Below are positions 34,229 to 46,623 of a DNA stretch of 64,000 nucleotides, in pieces. This DNA is from Deltaproteobacteria bacterium. Lineage in GTDB: Bacteria; Myxococcota; JACRCW01. The stretch covers positions 1 to 64,000 of the forward strand of contig JACRCW010000031.1 of the NCBI GenBank assembly GCA_016218805.1, written 5' to 3'. The number at the start of each line of letters is the position of its first letter. Within the stretch, counting starts at the first letter, position 1. The notes under the pieces were generated by a model, which had not been told where the DNA came from, made no database searches, and worked only from the letters and a program-made list of their open reading frames with translations. Made by a program: the position numbers and the translations under genes.

Positions 34229-35646
34229 GCGGCACCTCCCGCGCGGGCGCGCACCCACGCGGCGAAGGCCTCGCCGCGGTGCTCGTAGTTCTTGAACTGG
34301 TCAAAGCTGGCGCACGCCGGGCTCAGCAGCACCACCTCGCCGGGCTTCGCCACCGAACGCGCGCGTTCGAGCGCGCGGTCCATGGTGCCGCAGTCCAGCA
34401 CCACGCAGGTGTGTTCCATGGCCGCGCTGATGAGCGGCGCCGCCTGCCCAATGGTGTAGACCGCCTTCACGCGGCCGCGCGCCGCGTGCGCCATGGGCTC
34501 GTAGGACGTCCCCTTGTCCTCGCCACCGGCAATGAGGTGGATGGGCTCAGTGAAGCTGCTGATTGCCTTCACCGTGGCGTCAACGTTGGTGCCCTTGCTG
34601 TCGTTCACGTAGAGCACGCCGTCAAGGGTGGCAATTTCCTCCAGCCGGTGCGGCACGGGGACAAACGCATCCAGCCCCGCCTGCACCGCCGCCTGCGGGA
34701 TGTCCGCCGCGCGGGCTGCCGCCACCGCCGCGGCCGCGTTCTCCAGGTTGTGCGCGCCGCGGATTCTCGGGTTGCCCGCGGTGTACACCTCAGTGACGTC
34801 ACCGCGGCGCAGCAACAGCCGCCGCCCGTCAATGTGGACCCCCTCATGGCCGGTGGCCACGTTGAAGTCCAGCCGCGTGCCGCGCGCGCGCGGAGCCCAC
34901 GCCGCGCACTCCGGGTCCCCCGCGTTGGTCACCGCGATATGCCTGGGATCCTGCAGTTCCAGCAGCCGCAGCTTCGCCTCGTAATACCGGCTCGCCACCT
35001 TGTAGCGGGCCAGGTGGTCCGGCGTGAGGTTGGTGAGAATCGCGGAGGTGGCGTCCAGCGTGGAGATGCCCTCACACTGGTAGCTGCTCATCTCCACCAC
35101 CAGGTGGTTCCATTCTTCGTCCGCGTAGGCCGCGCGGCACACCGGGTCCCCCAGGTTCCCGCCCACAAACGTCCGCCCGCCTGCAGCCTTCACCAGCGTG
35201 CCCAGCATCACTGTCGTCGTGGATTTGCCGTTCGTACCCGTGATGCACAGCCACGGCGCACGCGTGGCGCGCCAGGCCAGTTCCGCCTCGCCCATCCACG
35301 GGGTGCCGGCGGCCACCATGGCGTCCCACCAGGCACCGCGGCGCGGCACGCCCGGGCTCATCACCACCAGCTCCGCGCCCGCCGCGCGCTCCACGCTGAT
35401 GCCGCCACCCAAAACGCGGATATTCCCCACGGCCGCCAGCGCCGCGGCGGTTTCCCGCAACTCCTCCGGGCGCTTGTCATCCAGCACGTCCACGCCAGCC
35501 GCGCCCAGGCGTACCAGCAGTTCTGCCGCCGTGGTGCCGCTCTTCCCCAGCCCCACCACAGCCACCGTCCGCCCGCGCAGCGTGGCAAGCAGTTCCTGGA
35601 GACGGTCCGGGGTGCCCCGGGTGTACGGGCGCAGTGAGAGGTTCAT
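34225..35646 (-). CDS. murD: UDP-MurNAc-L-Ala--D-glutamate ligase
   Basis: GLGKSG, ITGTNGKSTT, EMSSYQ, NDSKGTN and LSPACASFDQF motifs. Confidence 0.97.
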   Translation of the reverse strand: MNLSLRPYTRGTPDRLQELLATLRGRTVAVVGLGKSGTTAAELLVRLGAAGVDVLDDKRPEELRETAAALAAVGNIRVLGGGISVERAAGAELVVMSPGVPRRGAWWDAMVAAGTPWMGEAELAWRATRAPWLCITGTNGKSTTTVMLGTLVKAAGGRTFVGGNLGDPVCRAAYADEEWNHLVVEMSSYQCEGISTLDATSAILTNLTPDHLARYKVASRYYEAKLRLLELQDPRHIAVTNAGDPECAAWAPRARGTRLDFNVATGHEGVHIDGRRLLLRRGDVTEVYTAGNPRIRGAHNLENAAAAVAAARAADIPQAAVQAGLDAFVPVPHRLEEIATLDGVLYVNDSKGTNVDATVKAISSFTEPIHLIAGGEDKGTSYEPMAHAARGRVKAVYTIGQAAPLISAAMEHTCVVLDCGTMDRALERARSVAKPGEVVLLSPACASFDQFKNYEHRGEAFAAWVRARAGGAA

Positions 35647-36737
35647 CGCAGTTTCAACGTGGCAAGGCCCGCAATGGCAAGCATCACGGACACGATCCAA
35701 AAGCGGACAATCACCTTGGGCTCAGCCCACCCGCCCAGTTCAAAGTGGTGGTGCAACGGCGCCATGCGCAGCACGCGCTTGCCGGTCAGCTTGAAGCTGC
35801 CCACCTGCGCCATCACGCTCAGGGCCTCGGCCAGGAACACACCGTGGACAATGGCGGAGACCACCTCGTTCTTGGTGATCACCGCCATCATGCCCAGCAG
35901 GCCGCCCAGCGCCAGCGCCCCCACGTCACCCATGAACACCTGCGCCGGGTACGCGTTGAACCACAGGAAACTCACGCCCGCGCCAATGACGCCCGCGCAC
36001 ACCACAGCCAGCTCCGCGGCGCCCTCCACGTGGACAATGCCCAGATACGCGGCAATATTGAAATCCTTCAATTCAGTCCCGGCCGCGTACGCCAGCGCCA
36101 TGAACACAAACGCGCTCACCATGGTGGGCCCAATGGCCAGGCCGTCCAGCCCGTCCGTCAGGTTCACCGCGTTGCTGGTCCCGGCAACGACGACCGCGGC
36201 GAACGCCACGTACAACCACACCGGCAGCTGCGGTGCGAACTTCTCCACGTTGACCAGCGGCAGCGCCAGGCGCGTGTCAAAGCCCGTGCCGTAGAACAGC
36301 CACGCCAGCACGCCTGCTCCAACGGAGAACTGCCAGAACAGCTTCCACCTGCCGGACAGTCCCTTGGAGTCCTTGAACTTGATCTTCTTGAAATCGTCGT
36401 AGAAGCCCACCGCGCCGTAGGTCAGCGTGACAATCAGGACCATCCACACGTAGCGGTTGCTGAGGTCCGCCCACGCCAGCACGCTGCACGCAATGGCAAT
36501 GAGGATGAGGGCACCGCCCATGGTGGGCGTGCCCTTCTTGCTCAGGTGGGTCTGCGGTCCGTCATCACGGATTTCCTGCCCAAACTTGAACACCTGCAGG
36601 CGGCGGATGAACCACGGGAACAGCGCCAGGCTGAACGCCATGGCGGTGAAGGCTGCCATCAGGATGCGGAAGCTCGGATACCTCAACACGTTGAGGAACG
36701 AGGAGTCCGGGTTCTGGTGCCACAGCCAGTAGAACAT
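35643..36737 (-). CDS. mraY: Phospho-MurNAc-pentapeptide transferase
   Basis: KKGTPTMGG, NLTDGLDGLA, FMGDVG and MAPLHHHFE motifs. Confidence 0.98.
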   Translation of the reverse strand: MFYWLWHQNPDSSFLNVLRYPSFRILMAAFTAMAFSLALFPWFIRRLQVFKFGQEIRDDGPQTHLSKKGTPTMGGALILIAIACSVLAWADLSNRYVWMVLIVTLTYGAVGFYDDFKKIKFKDSKGLSGRWKLFWQFSVGAGVLAWLFYGTGFDTRLALPLVNVEKFAPQLPVWLYVAFAAVVVAGTSNAVNLTDGLDGLAIGPTMVSAFVFMALAYAAGTELKDFNIAAYLGIVHVEGAAELAVVCAGVIGAGVSFLWFNAYPAQVFMGDVGALALGGLLGMMAVITKNEVVSAIVHGVFLAEALSVMAQVGSFKLTGKRVLRMAPLHHHFELGGWAEPKVIVRFWIVSVMLAIAGLATLKLR

Positions 36738-36744
36738 GGTTTCC

Positions 36745-38183
36745 TCAGTGCCCCGCTACGTCGGTGGACCCGCACAGCGCCGCCACCGCGCGCTCCATGC
36801 GCGCGCCGCGGCTGCCCTTCACCAGCACCACGTCGCGAGGCGTGACGGCACGCACCAGCTCGGGCAGCAGGTCCTCCAGCCGCTCCGAATGCATCACCGA
36901 TGCCGCCGCCAGCCCCGCTTCACGTGCGCCCTCCGCCGTGGACCGGCTGCGCGCCCCGGCGACAACCAGCAGACTGGGCCGTGCGGCGGCCGCAGCGCGT
37001 CCCACTTCGCGGTGGAACTCCAGTTCGCGCGCGCCCAGCTCCAGCATGTCCCCCAGCACCAACACCAGGCGTCCATCCCCGGCCAGCGCGCGCGCCACGT
37101 CCATGGACGCCTTCATGGAGCCCGGGTTCGCGTTGTAGCTGTCGTCAATGACCAGGGCCCCGCAGTGGGCCTTGCGCTGCGTGAGACGCCCGCTGACGGT
37201 CCGCGCGCCTTCCAGCCCGCGCACCACCGCGTCGTCGCCCGCGCCCAGCTGCGCAGCCAATGCCGCCGCGCCCACCGCGTTGAGCGCGTTGTGGCCGCCG
37301 GGCACCGCCAGGTTCACCTCCAGCGTCTTCCCGTCGTGCGCCAGCACCAGCCGCTGCGCCTCGCCCCGCGCTTCCTCGCGCAGGATGCGCCAGTCCGCAA
37401 ACGCGGCGCGGCCAAACGTCAACGGCTTCCGGCCTGCCACCGCCGCCGCCTGTGCCGCCACGCGCTCGTCGTCAGCGTTGACCACCAGCGTGCCGCCCGG
37501 CGCGGTGCCGTGAAAGATCTCGCCCTTGGCCGCGGCAATTCCATCAATTTTGCCGTCAAAGTTGCCAATGTGCGCAGGGCCCACGTTGGTGATGAGGCTG
37601 GCCACCGGGTCCACAATGCGGCACAATGCGGCGATTTCGCCCGGGTGATTCATGCCCATTTCAAACAGCGCCACGGCGTGCCCACCACCGGCGCCGAACG
37701 CCGTCAACGGGACGCCCACCTGGTTGTTCAGGTTGCCCTGCGTGTAGAGGACCTTCCCATCACCGTAGTGCGCCTTGAGAATGGCCGCGGTGAATTCCTT
37801 GGTGGTGGTCTTGCCGTTGGATCCGGTCAGCGCGCCGCGCAGGCAGGACAGGCGCCGCAGGTGCCCACGCGCCAAATCGCCCAGGGCCGTGAGCGTGTCG
37901 TCCACCATCCACAGGGCAAAGCCGTCGGAGGCCAGCGCCGCGCGGTCCTGCTCCCTGGCCCACTCACGGGACACCACCGCGCCGGTGGCGCCGGCCGCTT
38001 TGGCCTGCTGCACGTACGCATGCCCGTCAAACGCGTCGCCCTTGAGGGCCACGAACAAGTCACCCTTTTCCACCTTGCGGCTGTCCGTGTTGACGCGCAG
38101 GAACACCGCGGCGTTGCCGCCGGCGCGCAGCGCGTTGCGTTCCCTGAGGAACGTGTCCACTTCCTGGGTATTGGTGAACGCGG

Positions 38184-38187
<4 letters not shown>
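36745..38187 (-). CDS. murF: UDP-MurNAc-tripeptide--D-Ala-D-Ala ligase
   Basis: TGSNGKTTTKE, EMGMNHPGEI, DDSYNANP, GDMLELG and VKGSRG motifs. Confidence 0.97.
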
Positions 38188-39694
<1,507 letters not shown>

Positions 39695-39698
<4 letters not shown>

Positions 39699-41695
39699 CC
39701 GTTCCCCCGGCCCGGCTTGAGCGTGAGGCGCACGGTGCGTTCGCCCTGCAGCGCCTTGCCCGCCGCGGGACGCTGCGCCACCACCGTGCCGTTGCCGTCC
39801 AGCGCGGGATCCAAGCCGGCCTTGAGCGCCTCGCGCACCGCCGCGCGTGCGCCCATTCCCACAAAATTCGGCACCGACGCGACCTCGTCCGCCACAACTC
39901 CCTCGTCGATGCCGTCCACCGGGTCATCCTCGGCCAGCTTCTGCGCCAGCGCGCGCGCCCCGGCCAGCGGGTCCACCGCCTGCGCCACGGGTTCCTTCTC
40001 CACCGCCGGCGCCTCCACGCCCACGCCCAGCAGCGGCAGTGCCTGCAACGCAATCTCGCGGAATGCGGGCGCCGCCACAATGCCGCCATAGGGGCTGTCC
40101 TTGGGCTCGTCGATCATGACAAAGATGACCAGCTTGGGCTCCTTGGCCGGGGCCACGCCCACAAAGGACGCAATTCGCCCGTCCCCGTAGGAGCGCGTGC
40201 CCGGGTCCACCTTCTGCGCGGTCCCCGTCTTCCCGGCGGTGATCACGCCCGGCACCGCCGCCAGCGGCGCAGTGCCGTCCTTGCTGGGCACCTTCTGCAT
40301 CGCCTTCAGCGTCAACGCCGCCGCCTTGGGGCCCACCACGCGGCCCACCACGTGCGCGCCCATCAGCTCGTCAGCACGGCCGTCCGCGGCGCGCACGCGC
40401 TCCACCAGGCGCGGCTGCATCAGCACGCCGCCGTGCGCCACCGCCGCCACCGCGGTCACCAGCTGGATGCCGCTCACGCTGATGCCCTGCCCAAACGACA
40501 CGGTCGCCAGCGCCGCGTCGGACCATTTTTCGTAGGGATTCATCAATCCGGGGGTTTCGCCGGAAAGGCCCAGCCCGGTCCGCTTCCCAAATCCAAACGC
40601 CTTGAGCGATTCACCCCATTTTGCCCGGCCCATCCGCGTGCCGATCTTCAGCGCGCCGATGTTGGAGGAATGCGCCAGCACGTCCTCCACGGTGAGGATC
40701 TCCGCCTTGTGCGTGTCCCGGATGCGGTGCTTGCCCACCTGGAACACGCCGTTTTCGCAGTTGATCAGGTCGGTCAGCTTGACGGTTCCCGCATCCAGGG
40801 CGGAGGCCAGCAGCATGACCTTCATGGTGGAACCCGGCTCAAACGCATCCGCCACCGCACGGTTGCGCCGCACCTCGTCGGTGGCGGCCTGGAAATCATT
40901 GGGATTGAAGGTGGGATGATTGGCCAGGGCCAGCACGGCACCGGTGTCCGGGTCCAGGACAATGGCAAACCCGGAGCGCGCCTGGTGCTCGGTCACGGCG
41001 CGCGCCAGCGCCTGCTCGGTGATGTTCTGGATCTGCGCGTCCAGCGTGAGCACCAGCTCGTCGCCCTGCAGGTTCTCGGTGGGCTGGAAGTCGCCCAGCA
41101 GCAGCCGGCCGCCGCGCGCGTCCCGGAAGCCGTCCACCTGCAGCTTCCTGCCGCGCAGCCGGTCGTCAAACGCCTTCTCCACGCCGTCCAGCCCGTCGCC
41201 GTCCACGCCGGTGTAACCCAGCACGTGCGCGGCCAGTTCGCGGTTGGGATAGAAACGCCGGCTTTCCTCCGTGATGCCAATGCCGTCCAATTTGAGGCGT
41301 TTCACCGCCGCGGCCATCTCCGGCGTCACGCGCCGGGCCAGCCAGGCAAACGCCCGCCCGCCGGACATCTTCTTCTCCAGGACAGCGGCGGGGATCTTCA
41401 GGACGGGCGCCAGCGCGCGGGCCACGGCGCGGGGGGTGTCCGCCAGGTGCCGCGGTTCGGCAAAGATGGACGGCACCTTGACGGAGACGGCCAGCGGCCT
41501 GCCCGCGCGGTCCGTGATGTTCCCGCGCGGCGCGGACAGCGTCATCTCCTGCAGGTACTGGTCCTCCGCCAGGTCCCGCATCTGCTCGCCGTGGCCCAGC
41601 TGCAGCCAGGCCGCGCGCACCAGCACGGCCAGCAGCGGCCCACACAGCGCAGCGGTGACCAGCAGGCAGCGGGCGTGGAAGGCGCGCGGGTTCAC
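39695..41695 (-). CDS. ftsI: Septal transpeptidase FtsI (PBP3) with a C-terminal PASTA domain
   Basis: EPGSTMK (SxxK), SSN (SxN) and KTGT motifs; C-terminal VPNFVGM; GTG start. Confidence 0.93.
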
Positions 41696-42039
41696 GGCGT
41701 GCCTCCTTCCGGCGGGCTCACCACGCTGGCGGCCTGCGGCGGCACCATGCCCAGCGCACGCGCCATGCGGGACAGCTCCGCGGGGGAGCGCAGCGTGCCC
41801 ATCTCCAGCTGCAGCGCGCGGCTCTCCTGCATCAACGCGTCCTGCTCGTTCCTCAGCCGCCCCAGCTCGTACCCCAGGTGCAGCGACCCCACGCGCACCC
41901 ACGCCAGGAACAGCACGCTCACCAGCACCAACACCGCCGCCACCAGGTGCGTGCCGGCCCCCGCCGCCACCAGCGCGCTGCCCCCGGGGCGCACCCGCCC
42001 CGCCGCCAGCGCGTGACCGTCATGGGTGCGCGTCACCAT
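41692..42039 (-). CDS. ftsL: Cell division protein FtsL
   Basis: TM segment plus coiled coil, LRSPAEL...ARALGM; lies between rsmH and ftsI. Confidence 0.8.
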   Translation of the reverse strand: MVTRTHDGHALAAGRVRPGGSALVAAGAGTHLVAAVLVLVSVLFLAWVRVGSLHLGYELGRLRNEQDALMQESRALQLEMGTLRSPAELSRMARALGMVPPQAASVVSPPEGGTP

Positions 42040-43028
42040 GTGGCCACCTGCCCCGGCGGATCCGGGAGGCGGCGTGCACCGCGCAGCTTGGAGGATCCGG
42101 CGCGCGGGTTGCGGCGCGTTTCCTCGTCGGAAGGCGTGATGGGCTTGCGGGTGAGGATCTCCAGGCGGGGCCAGCGGCCGCACGCGCAGGCAGGCAGCTC
42201 CGGCGGGCAGATGCAGCCCTTGGCCTCCCGCTGGAAGGCGTGCTTCACGCGCCGGTCCTCCAGCGAATGAAAGCTGATCACCGCGGTGCGCCCGCCCGTC
42301 CGCAACACGCGCGGGATCGCCGCCAACAGCGCGTCTATTTCCTGCAGTTCCGAATTCACGGCAATCCGCAGCGCCTGGAAGGTGCGCGTGGCCGGGTCCA
42401 ATCCGTCCTTGGAGCGGGGCACCACGCGGCGGATGACGTCGGCCGCGGCCGCGGTGGTCTGCGGGCGGGCCTCCTTGAGCGCACGCGCCACGCGCCGGGA
42501 ATGCCGTTCTTCGCCCAGCTCGTAGATCGTGTCGGCCAGCTCGTCCGGATCCAGCCGGTCCACCAGCTCCGCCGCGGACTCGCCGCGGCTGGGATCCATG
42601 CGCATGTCCAGCGGGCCGTCTGCGCGGAAGCTGAAGCCGCGCGCCGGATCATCCAGTTGCGGGGAGGACACGCCCAGGTCCGCAAAGACGCCATCCACCG
42701 GGCCGGTGGCCGCGTCGCGCAGCACGCTCTGCAACTCGGAGAACGGGGCGTAGAACGCGCGCACCTGGCAGGCGTGCCCGCGCGTCCAGGCCAGCGCCTC
42801 GTCGGTGTGCGCGGCGGGGTCGCGGTCCAGCGCAATGAGCGTCCCGCCCGGCCCCAGGGCGTCCGCAATGCGCCGGGCATGCCCGCCGCGCCCCAGCGTG
42901 GCATCCACCACCACGCCGCGGGGCGGCGGCTGCAGGAGCGCCAGGGACTCGTCAATGAGCACGGGCAGATGCGCGGCGGCGGGAGGGGCGCCGTCAACGT
43001 TCTGCAGATTGTCCCTGCCCGTGACCAT
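42033..43028 (-). CDS. rsmH: 16S rRNA m4C1402 methyltransferase
   Basis: HLPVL, DATLGRGGH, DLGVSSPQLD, RTFQALRIAVN and SFHSLEDR motifs. Start approximate. Confidence 0.97.
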   Translation of the reverse strand: MVTGRDNLQNVDGAPPAAAHLPVLIDESLALLQPPPRGVVVDATLGRGGHARRIADALGPGGTLIALDRDPAAHTDEALAWTRGHACQVRAFYAPFSELQSVLRDAATGPVDGVFADLGVSSPQLDDPARGFSFRADGPLDMRMDPSRGESAAELVDRLDPDELADTIYELGEERHSRRVARALKEARPQTTAAAADVIRRVVPRSKDGLDPATRTFQALRIAVNSELQEIDALLAAIPRVLRTGGRTAVISFHSLEDRRVKHAFQREAKGCICPPELPACACGRWPRLEILTRKPITPSDEETRRNPRAGSSKLRGARRLPDPPGQVATW

Positions 43029-43139
43029 CGTTGTGCCCACGCACCTTTGCCGCCAGGGAACACGCGGTCCCTGGCGGGCCAGCGGGGCCCGTCCGGTTCA
43101 AGTTCCACGCCCGAGGGAGCGCGCCGCCTGCGGCGCTTC

Positions 43140-43583
43140 TCACAAGCCGAAGGTGGCCACGGCGGACTGCACGCCGCCGGTATCAGCCACCAGCTCCTCC
43201 CAGTGTCTCTTCCACCCGTCCGAGCTCCAGATTTCAACCGTCTGCATCTGCCCCACGAACACGGCGTCCTTGCCGACGCCCGCGTAGTCGCGGAGGCGGG
43301 GTGGAACGAGGATGCGGCCCTGCTTGTCCAGTTCGCACTCGGCGCACTCGCCCAGCAACAGGCGGCGCATGCGCTGTACGTTGGGGTCAAACACGGGCAT
43401 CTGTCCCAGCCTCTCCTCCAACTTCAACCACTCCTTCAGTGGGAACGCATGGATGCACGGCGAAAAACCGCGGGTGAGGACCAGGACATTCTGGCCGGCC
43501 TGGGAGAGGACTTCGCGGAAACGCGCCGGAAAGGGCACGCGGCCCTTCTCGTCCACCTGGCATTCGTGGTTTCCGCGGAACAT
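43140..43583 (-). CDS. mraZ: Division/cell wall cluster transcriptional regulator MraZ
   Basis: MFRG, DEKGRV, DKQGRILVP and EIWS motifs; first gene of the dcw cluster. Confidence 0.97.
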   Translation of the reverse strand: MFRGNHECQVDEKGRVPFPARFREVLSQAGQNVLVLTRGFSPCIHAFPLKEWLKLEERLGQMPVFDPNVQRMRRLLLGECAECELDKQGRILVPPRLRDYAGVGKDAVFVGQMQTVEIWSSDGWKRHWEELVADTGGVQSAVATFGL

Positions 43584-43613
43584 CAGGTCACAGTCCCAGA
43601 GCCTTGTACCTCA

Positions 43614-43668
43614 CCACCATTCACCACTGAACTGAACTTTCTCTCCCTTTCAATCCACTTTCTCCCAC
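43614..43668 (-). promoter_or_regulatory. Putative MraZ-binding direct repeats
   Basis: Minus strand reads GTGGgagaaa-GTGGattgaa-AGGGagagaa...GTGGtgaatg-GTGG, with about 10-bp periodicity upstream of mraZ. Confidence 0.75.
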
Positions 43669-44072
43669 GCCGCGCACCTTGCGGGTTTGCGATCTCCAAG
43701 TCAACGGTAAAATGGAGGAATCCGGGATCCTTCAAGTAACCGTTCACCCTGCGCGACCTATTGACGCGAACAGCGCCGGGAGCACCGCCCATTGTGGTCT
43801 GTTAGTTAGACCATTCTTCATCTTGGGGTTTCACAATCGGGCCCCGTGGTGATCGCTTTTTCCCACCTGCAAACCCGTTCACCCACCCAACTTGTGGGGG
43901 AGACCGCCCAGGCGCGGAGGCGGTGAGGTGGAGGGCAGGCGGGTGCAGCGGCGCTCCGGGGCCCGCGCCTCCGGAGGGGTTCCTTCTTGACCGGCAACCG
44001 CGGTGGGGCCTACGTTCCGCGCCCGTCGGTGCGCAGGCTTTTCTCGTCGCGCCTGCGCCACGGAGCGCCACA

Positions 44073-45206
44073 ATGCGGACCGCACGCCTGGGGTGGACGT
44101 CGTTGTTGTTGCTGGCCCCCGGCCTGGCCGGCGCGTACCCCAACGACGTGGACTATTCGGGGCTCATCCAATGGGAGGGCGGCTGCGACCCCTATGGCAA
44201 GGACACGTGCAACCCGGTGAAGGACGGCAACAACGTCATCCCGGACCAGCGGGGCTTTGACGGGCTGGCGGAGGAGATGGGGGTGCTGTTGGCGCCGCGG
44301 GACGTGGGTCCGGCGTCAACGGGTGGGCAGGCGGGCTTTGACCTGGCGGCCGAAGTCAGCATCCACACCATCAACAACCGGCACAATTATTGGGCGCATT
44401 CGTTGGAGCGCAGCGCGCGGGCGGACAAGCCGGACGTGGTGTGGCCGGGGATGGGGTCAGCGCAGGTGTGGTTGAAGAAGGGGCTGCCGTACTCGTTCCA
44501 GGTGGCGGGCGGGTTCACGCAGTTGTTTGAGACGCGCATCATGGCGCTGGGCCTGCAGGGCAAGTGGACGCTCAATGAGGGGTTCTTCTGGTTTCCGGAC
44601 CTGGCGCTGACGGTGGGGGCCAGCAAGAGCCTGTGCCTGGGGCTGCCCTCCATCCCGCCCACAACGGATTCTGAACGTTCCGCCGGGACCACCCGCAACA
44701 GCTGCTCCAACGACCTGGACCTGTTCACAGTGACCACGGGCGCGGTGGTGAGCAAGACGTTTTCGCTGTTGGGGATGCTGACGGTGAGTCCGTACGCGGG
44801 CTGGCAGAAGATCTTTGTGCATTCCTTCAGCCCGTTCATTGACCGGGACGAGACCACCAACGACCGCGCGGGTGAGACCTTCCGCTTCCGGGACTACAAG
44901 ATCTGGGGTGACGTGGTGGGCCAGGAATGCGGCGAAGCGGATGTCTCGGTCAGCCGCTGCCTCACAGAGACGGACGGGACGCCGCAGGTTGCCAACCTGT
45001 TCCTGCACCGCAACAAGCTGTACGCCGGGCTGCGCTTCCACCTCTCACTGCTGGAGGCCACCCTGCAGGGTGAAGTCACCCACGTGCGGGGCCTGGGCTG
45101 GAGCCTGGAGAACCTGTCCTTCTACCCAGAATCGGTGCGGCTGAGCGGCGTGGGGATGCCGGACCTGCAGATGAGTGCTACGGCCCGTGTGGGGTTCCTG
45201 TTCTGA
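44073..45206 (+). CDS. Probable outer-membrane beta-barrel protein
   Basis: Signal peptide ending AGA-Y, alternating beta-strand-like segments and a C-terminal ARVGFLF (terminal Phe). Confidence 0.6.
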   Translation: MRTARLGWTSLLLLAPGLAGAYPNDVDYSGLIQWEGGCDPYGKDTCNPVKDGNNVIPDQRGFDGLAEEMGVLLAPRDVGPASTGGQAGFDLAAEVSIHTINNRHNYWAHSLERSARADKPDVVWPGMGSAQVWLKKGLPYSFQVAGGFTQLFETRIMALGLQGKWTLNEGFFWFPDLALTVGASKSLCLGLPSIPPTTDSERSAGTTRNSCSNDLDLFTVTTGAVVSKTFSLLGMLTVSPYAGWQKIFVHSFSPFIDRDETTNDRAGETFRFRDYKIWGDVVGQECGEADVSVSRCLTETDGTPQVANLFLHRNKLYAGLRFHLSLLEATLQGEVTHVRGLGWSLENLSFYPESVRLSGVGMPDLQMSATARVGFLF

Positions 45207-45236
45207 GGGGGCCGAAACCCCGGTGGAGTGCGCGTC

Positions 45237-45425
45237 ATGTTCGGAACGGGTGAGCTCATCGTGCTGGTGCTGGTGGTGCTCCTGGTGTTTGGGGCGGCCA
45301 AGATCCCCCAGTTGGGCAAGGCCCTTGGCGAAGGCATCCGCAATTTCAAGAAGGCCACGCACGACGACGCCATTGACGTCACGCCGCCGCCGCCCAAGCT
45401 GGACGACAAGAAGCCCGGCAGCTGA
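45237..45425 (+). CDS. tatA: Twin-arginine translocase subunit TatA/E
   Basis: [35 protein letters not shown]. Confidence 0.95.
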   Translation: MFGTGELIVLVLVVLLVFGAAKIPQLGKALGEGIRNFKKATHDDAIDVTPPPPKLDDKKPGS

Positions 45426-45484
45426 CCCCAGACAAGTTTTGCCCCGGCACGTTGCGGGTGTTCGCGGACGCGTGGGCGGCGACA

Positions 45485-45790
45485 CGGCGAGGAAACTCGC
45501 CGCGCGCTGCAAACCACCGGACGGACAACCCGCGACGGGAAAGTGCCGCACGCGGTTGCGTAAACGGCGGGATCCCGCCGCGCGTCCTGGGGAACCCATG
45601 GGGCCCGTTGACTCAGGGCTTGGTGGGGGGCCACGCCAAAGTCGCATCGCCGGGGCGCGGGGGTGCCGGGTCACCCACCCGTATCGTAAACATGACACTT
45701 CCACCGCCGCCGAGCCGGCCGGCCGGGTACGCGGCCGCGGAAGTGGTCGGGCGTGGTTTGCCCGAAACGAGACACCGGCTTGTCCGGTGG
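45485..45790. ncRNA. Candidate structured RNA element, family unassigned
   Basis: Several inverted repeats in the 390-nt gap between convergent genes (see findings). Confidence 0.25.
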
Positions 45791-45813
45791 GCTCAGGATT
45801 ACGTCCGCCTCGG

Positions 45814-46617
45814 TCAGGGCAGCTCTTTGTCCTCATTGGCCGCGTCCAGCACGGCTACCACCCCGGCAGACGCCTTGTTCTGGCTGGGCGGCCGCATGGG
45901 CAGGACGGCGGCCGCCTGGCGGCTGACCTCCACATGAACGCGAGCGTCCCCCGCCAGCCGCATCAGGTCCGCGCGGTGCAGGAACGGCAGGAACCCCAGC
46001 GCTATTTCCACGGGCGTGTAGGGGTTGAACACCAGGGCGCGGCGTACCTGCTCGCGGCGGTTCCACCGGGTGTTGCGGGCAACCTCCTCCAGCACCTCTG
46101 AGGTCGCCGGGCGCCGCGTGGCGATCTTGAGGACCTCCTTCTCCGTCACCCGCGGGTTGAGCAGCAGGTTGCGGACCACGCGCGGGTCGTCATCACGGAC
46201 CAGGCGCTCCAGAATGGGGCCGCTGGCTTTGCGGGCGTGCCAGGTGCGCGCGCCCAGCGTGTCATTCCCCTCCGGCTGCTTCTTGGGGACCTTGGGCGTG
46301 GTCTGCTGTGCCGCCGGTGGGGCCAGCAGCAGCCGCTGCACCGGGGTCAGGCCCTGCCGGGCGGCCTCACGGTAGAGCGCGGCCTGGGTGTCATAGGGGA
46401 GGCATTCGCTGCCCAGCACGTCCTGCAGGGCCACCATGAACACCGTGCAATCCTGGTCCCCGCACGCCAGGGCCACCTGGATGTCCGCCAGGAAGGCCAC
46501 AACCGAATCCGCCGGGAGCCGGCACAGATCCCCCAACAGCGCGCGGGCGCGGACGCTCGCCTCGCCCACCGCCGCGATGCGCGCGACCCATGCGTGGCTG
46601 GGGGTCCCCGGAATCAC
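45814..46617 (-). CDS. Hypothetical helical-repeat protein
   Basis: DDDPRVVRNLLLNPR and RRALVFNPYTP resemble leucine-rich-variant/HEAT-like repeats; 6 nt downstream of the previous gene. Confidence 0.7.
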   Translation of the reverse strand: MIPGTPSHAWVARIAAVGEASVRARALLGDLCRLPADSVVAFLADIQVALACGDQDCTVFMVALQDVLGSECLPYDTQAALYREAARQGLTPVQRLLLAPPAAQQTTPKVPKKQPEGNDTLGARTWHARKASGPILERLVRDDDPRVVRNLLLNPRVTEKEVLKIATRRPATSEVLEEVARNTRWNRREQVRRALVFNPYTPVEIALGFLPFLHRADLMRLAGDARVHVEVSRQAAAVLPMRPPSQNKASAGVVAVLDAANEDKELP

Positions 46618-46623
46618 TCCGCC

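Noticed and set aside
45485..45790. Assignment as RNase P RNA (rnpB)
   Set aside because: The GAGGAAAGTCC core is absent and P4 cannot be formed cleanly, so it is kept only as an unassigned structured candidate.
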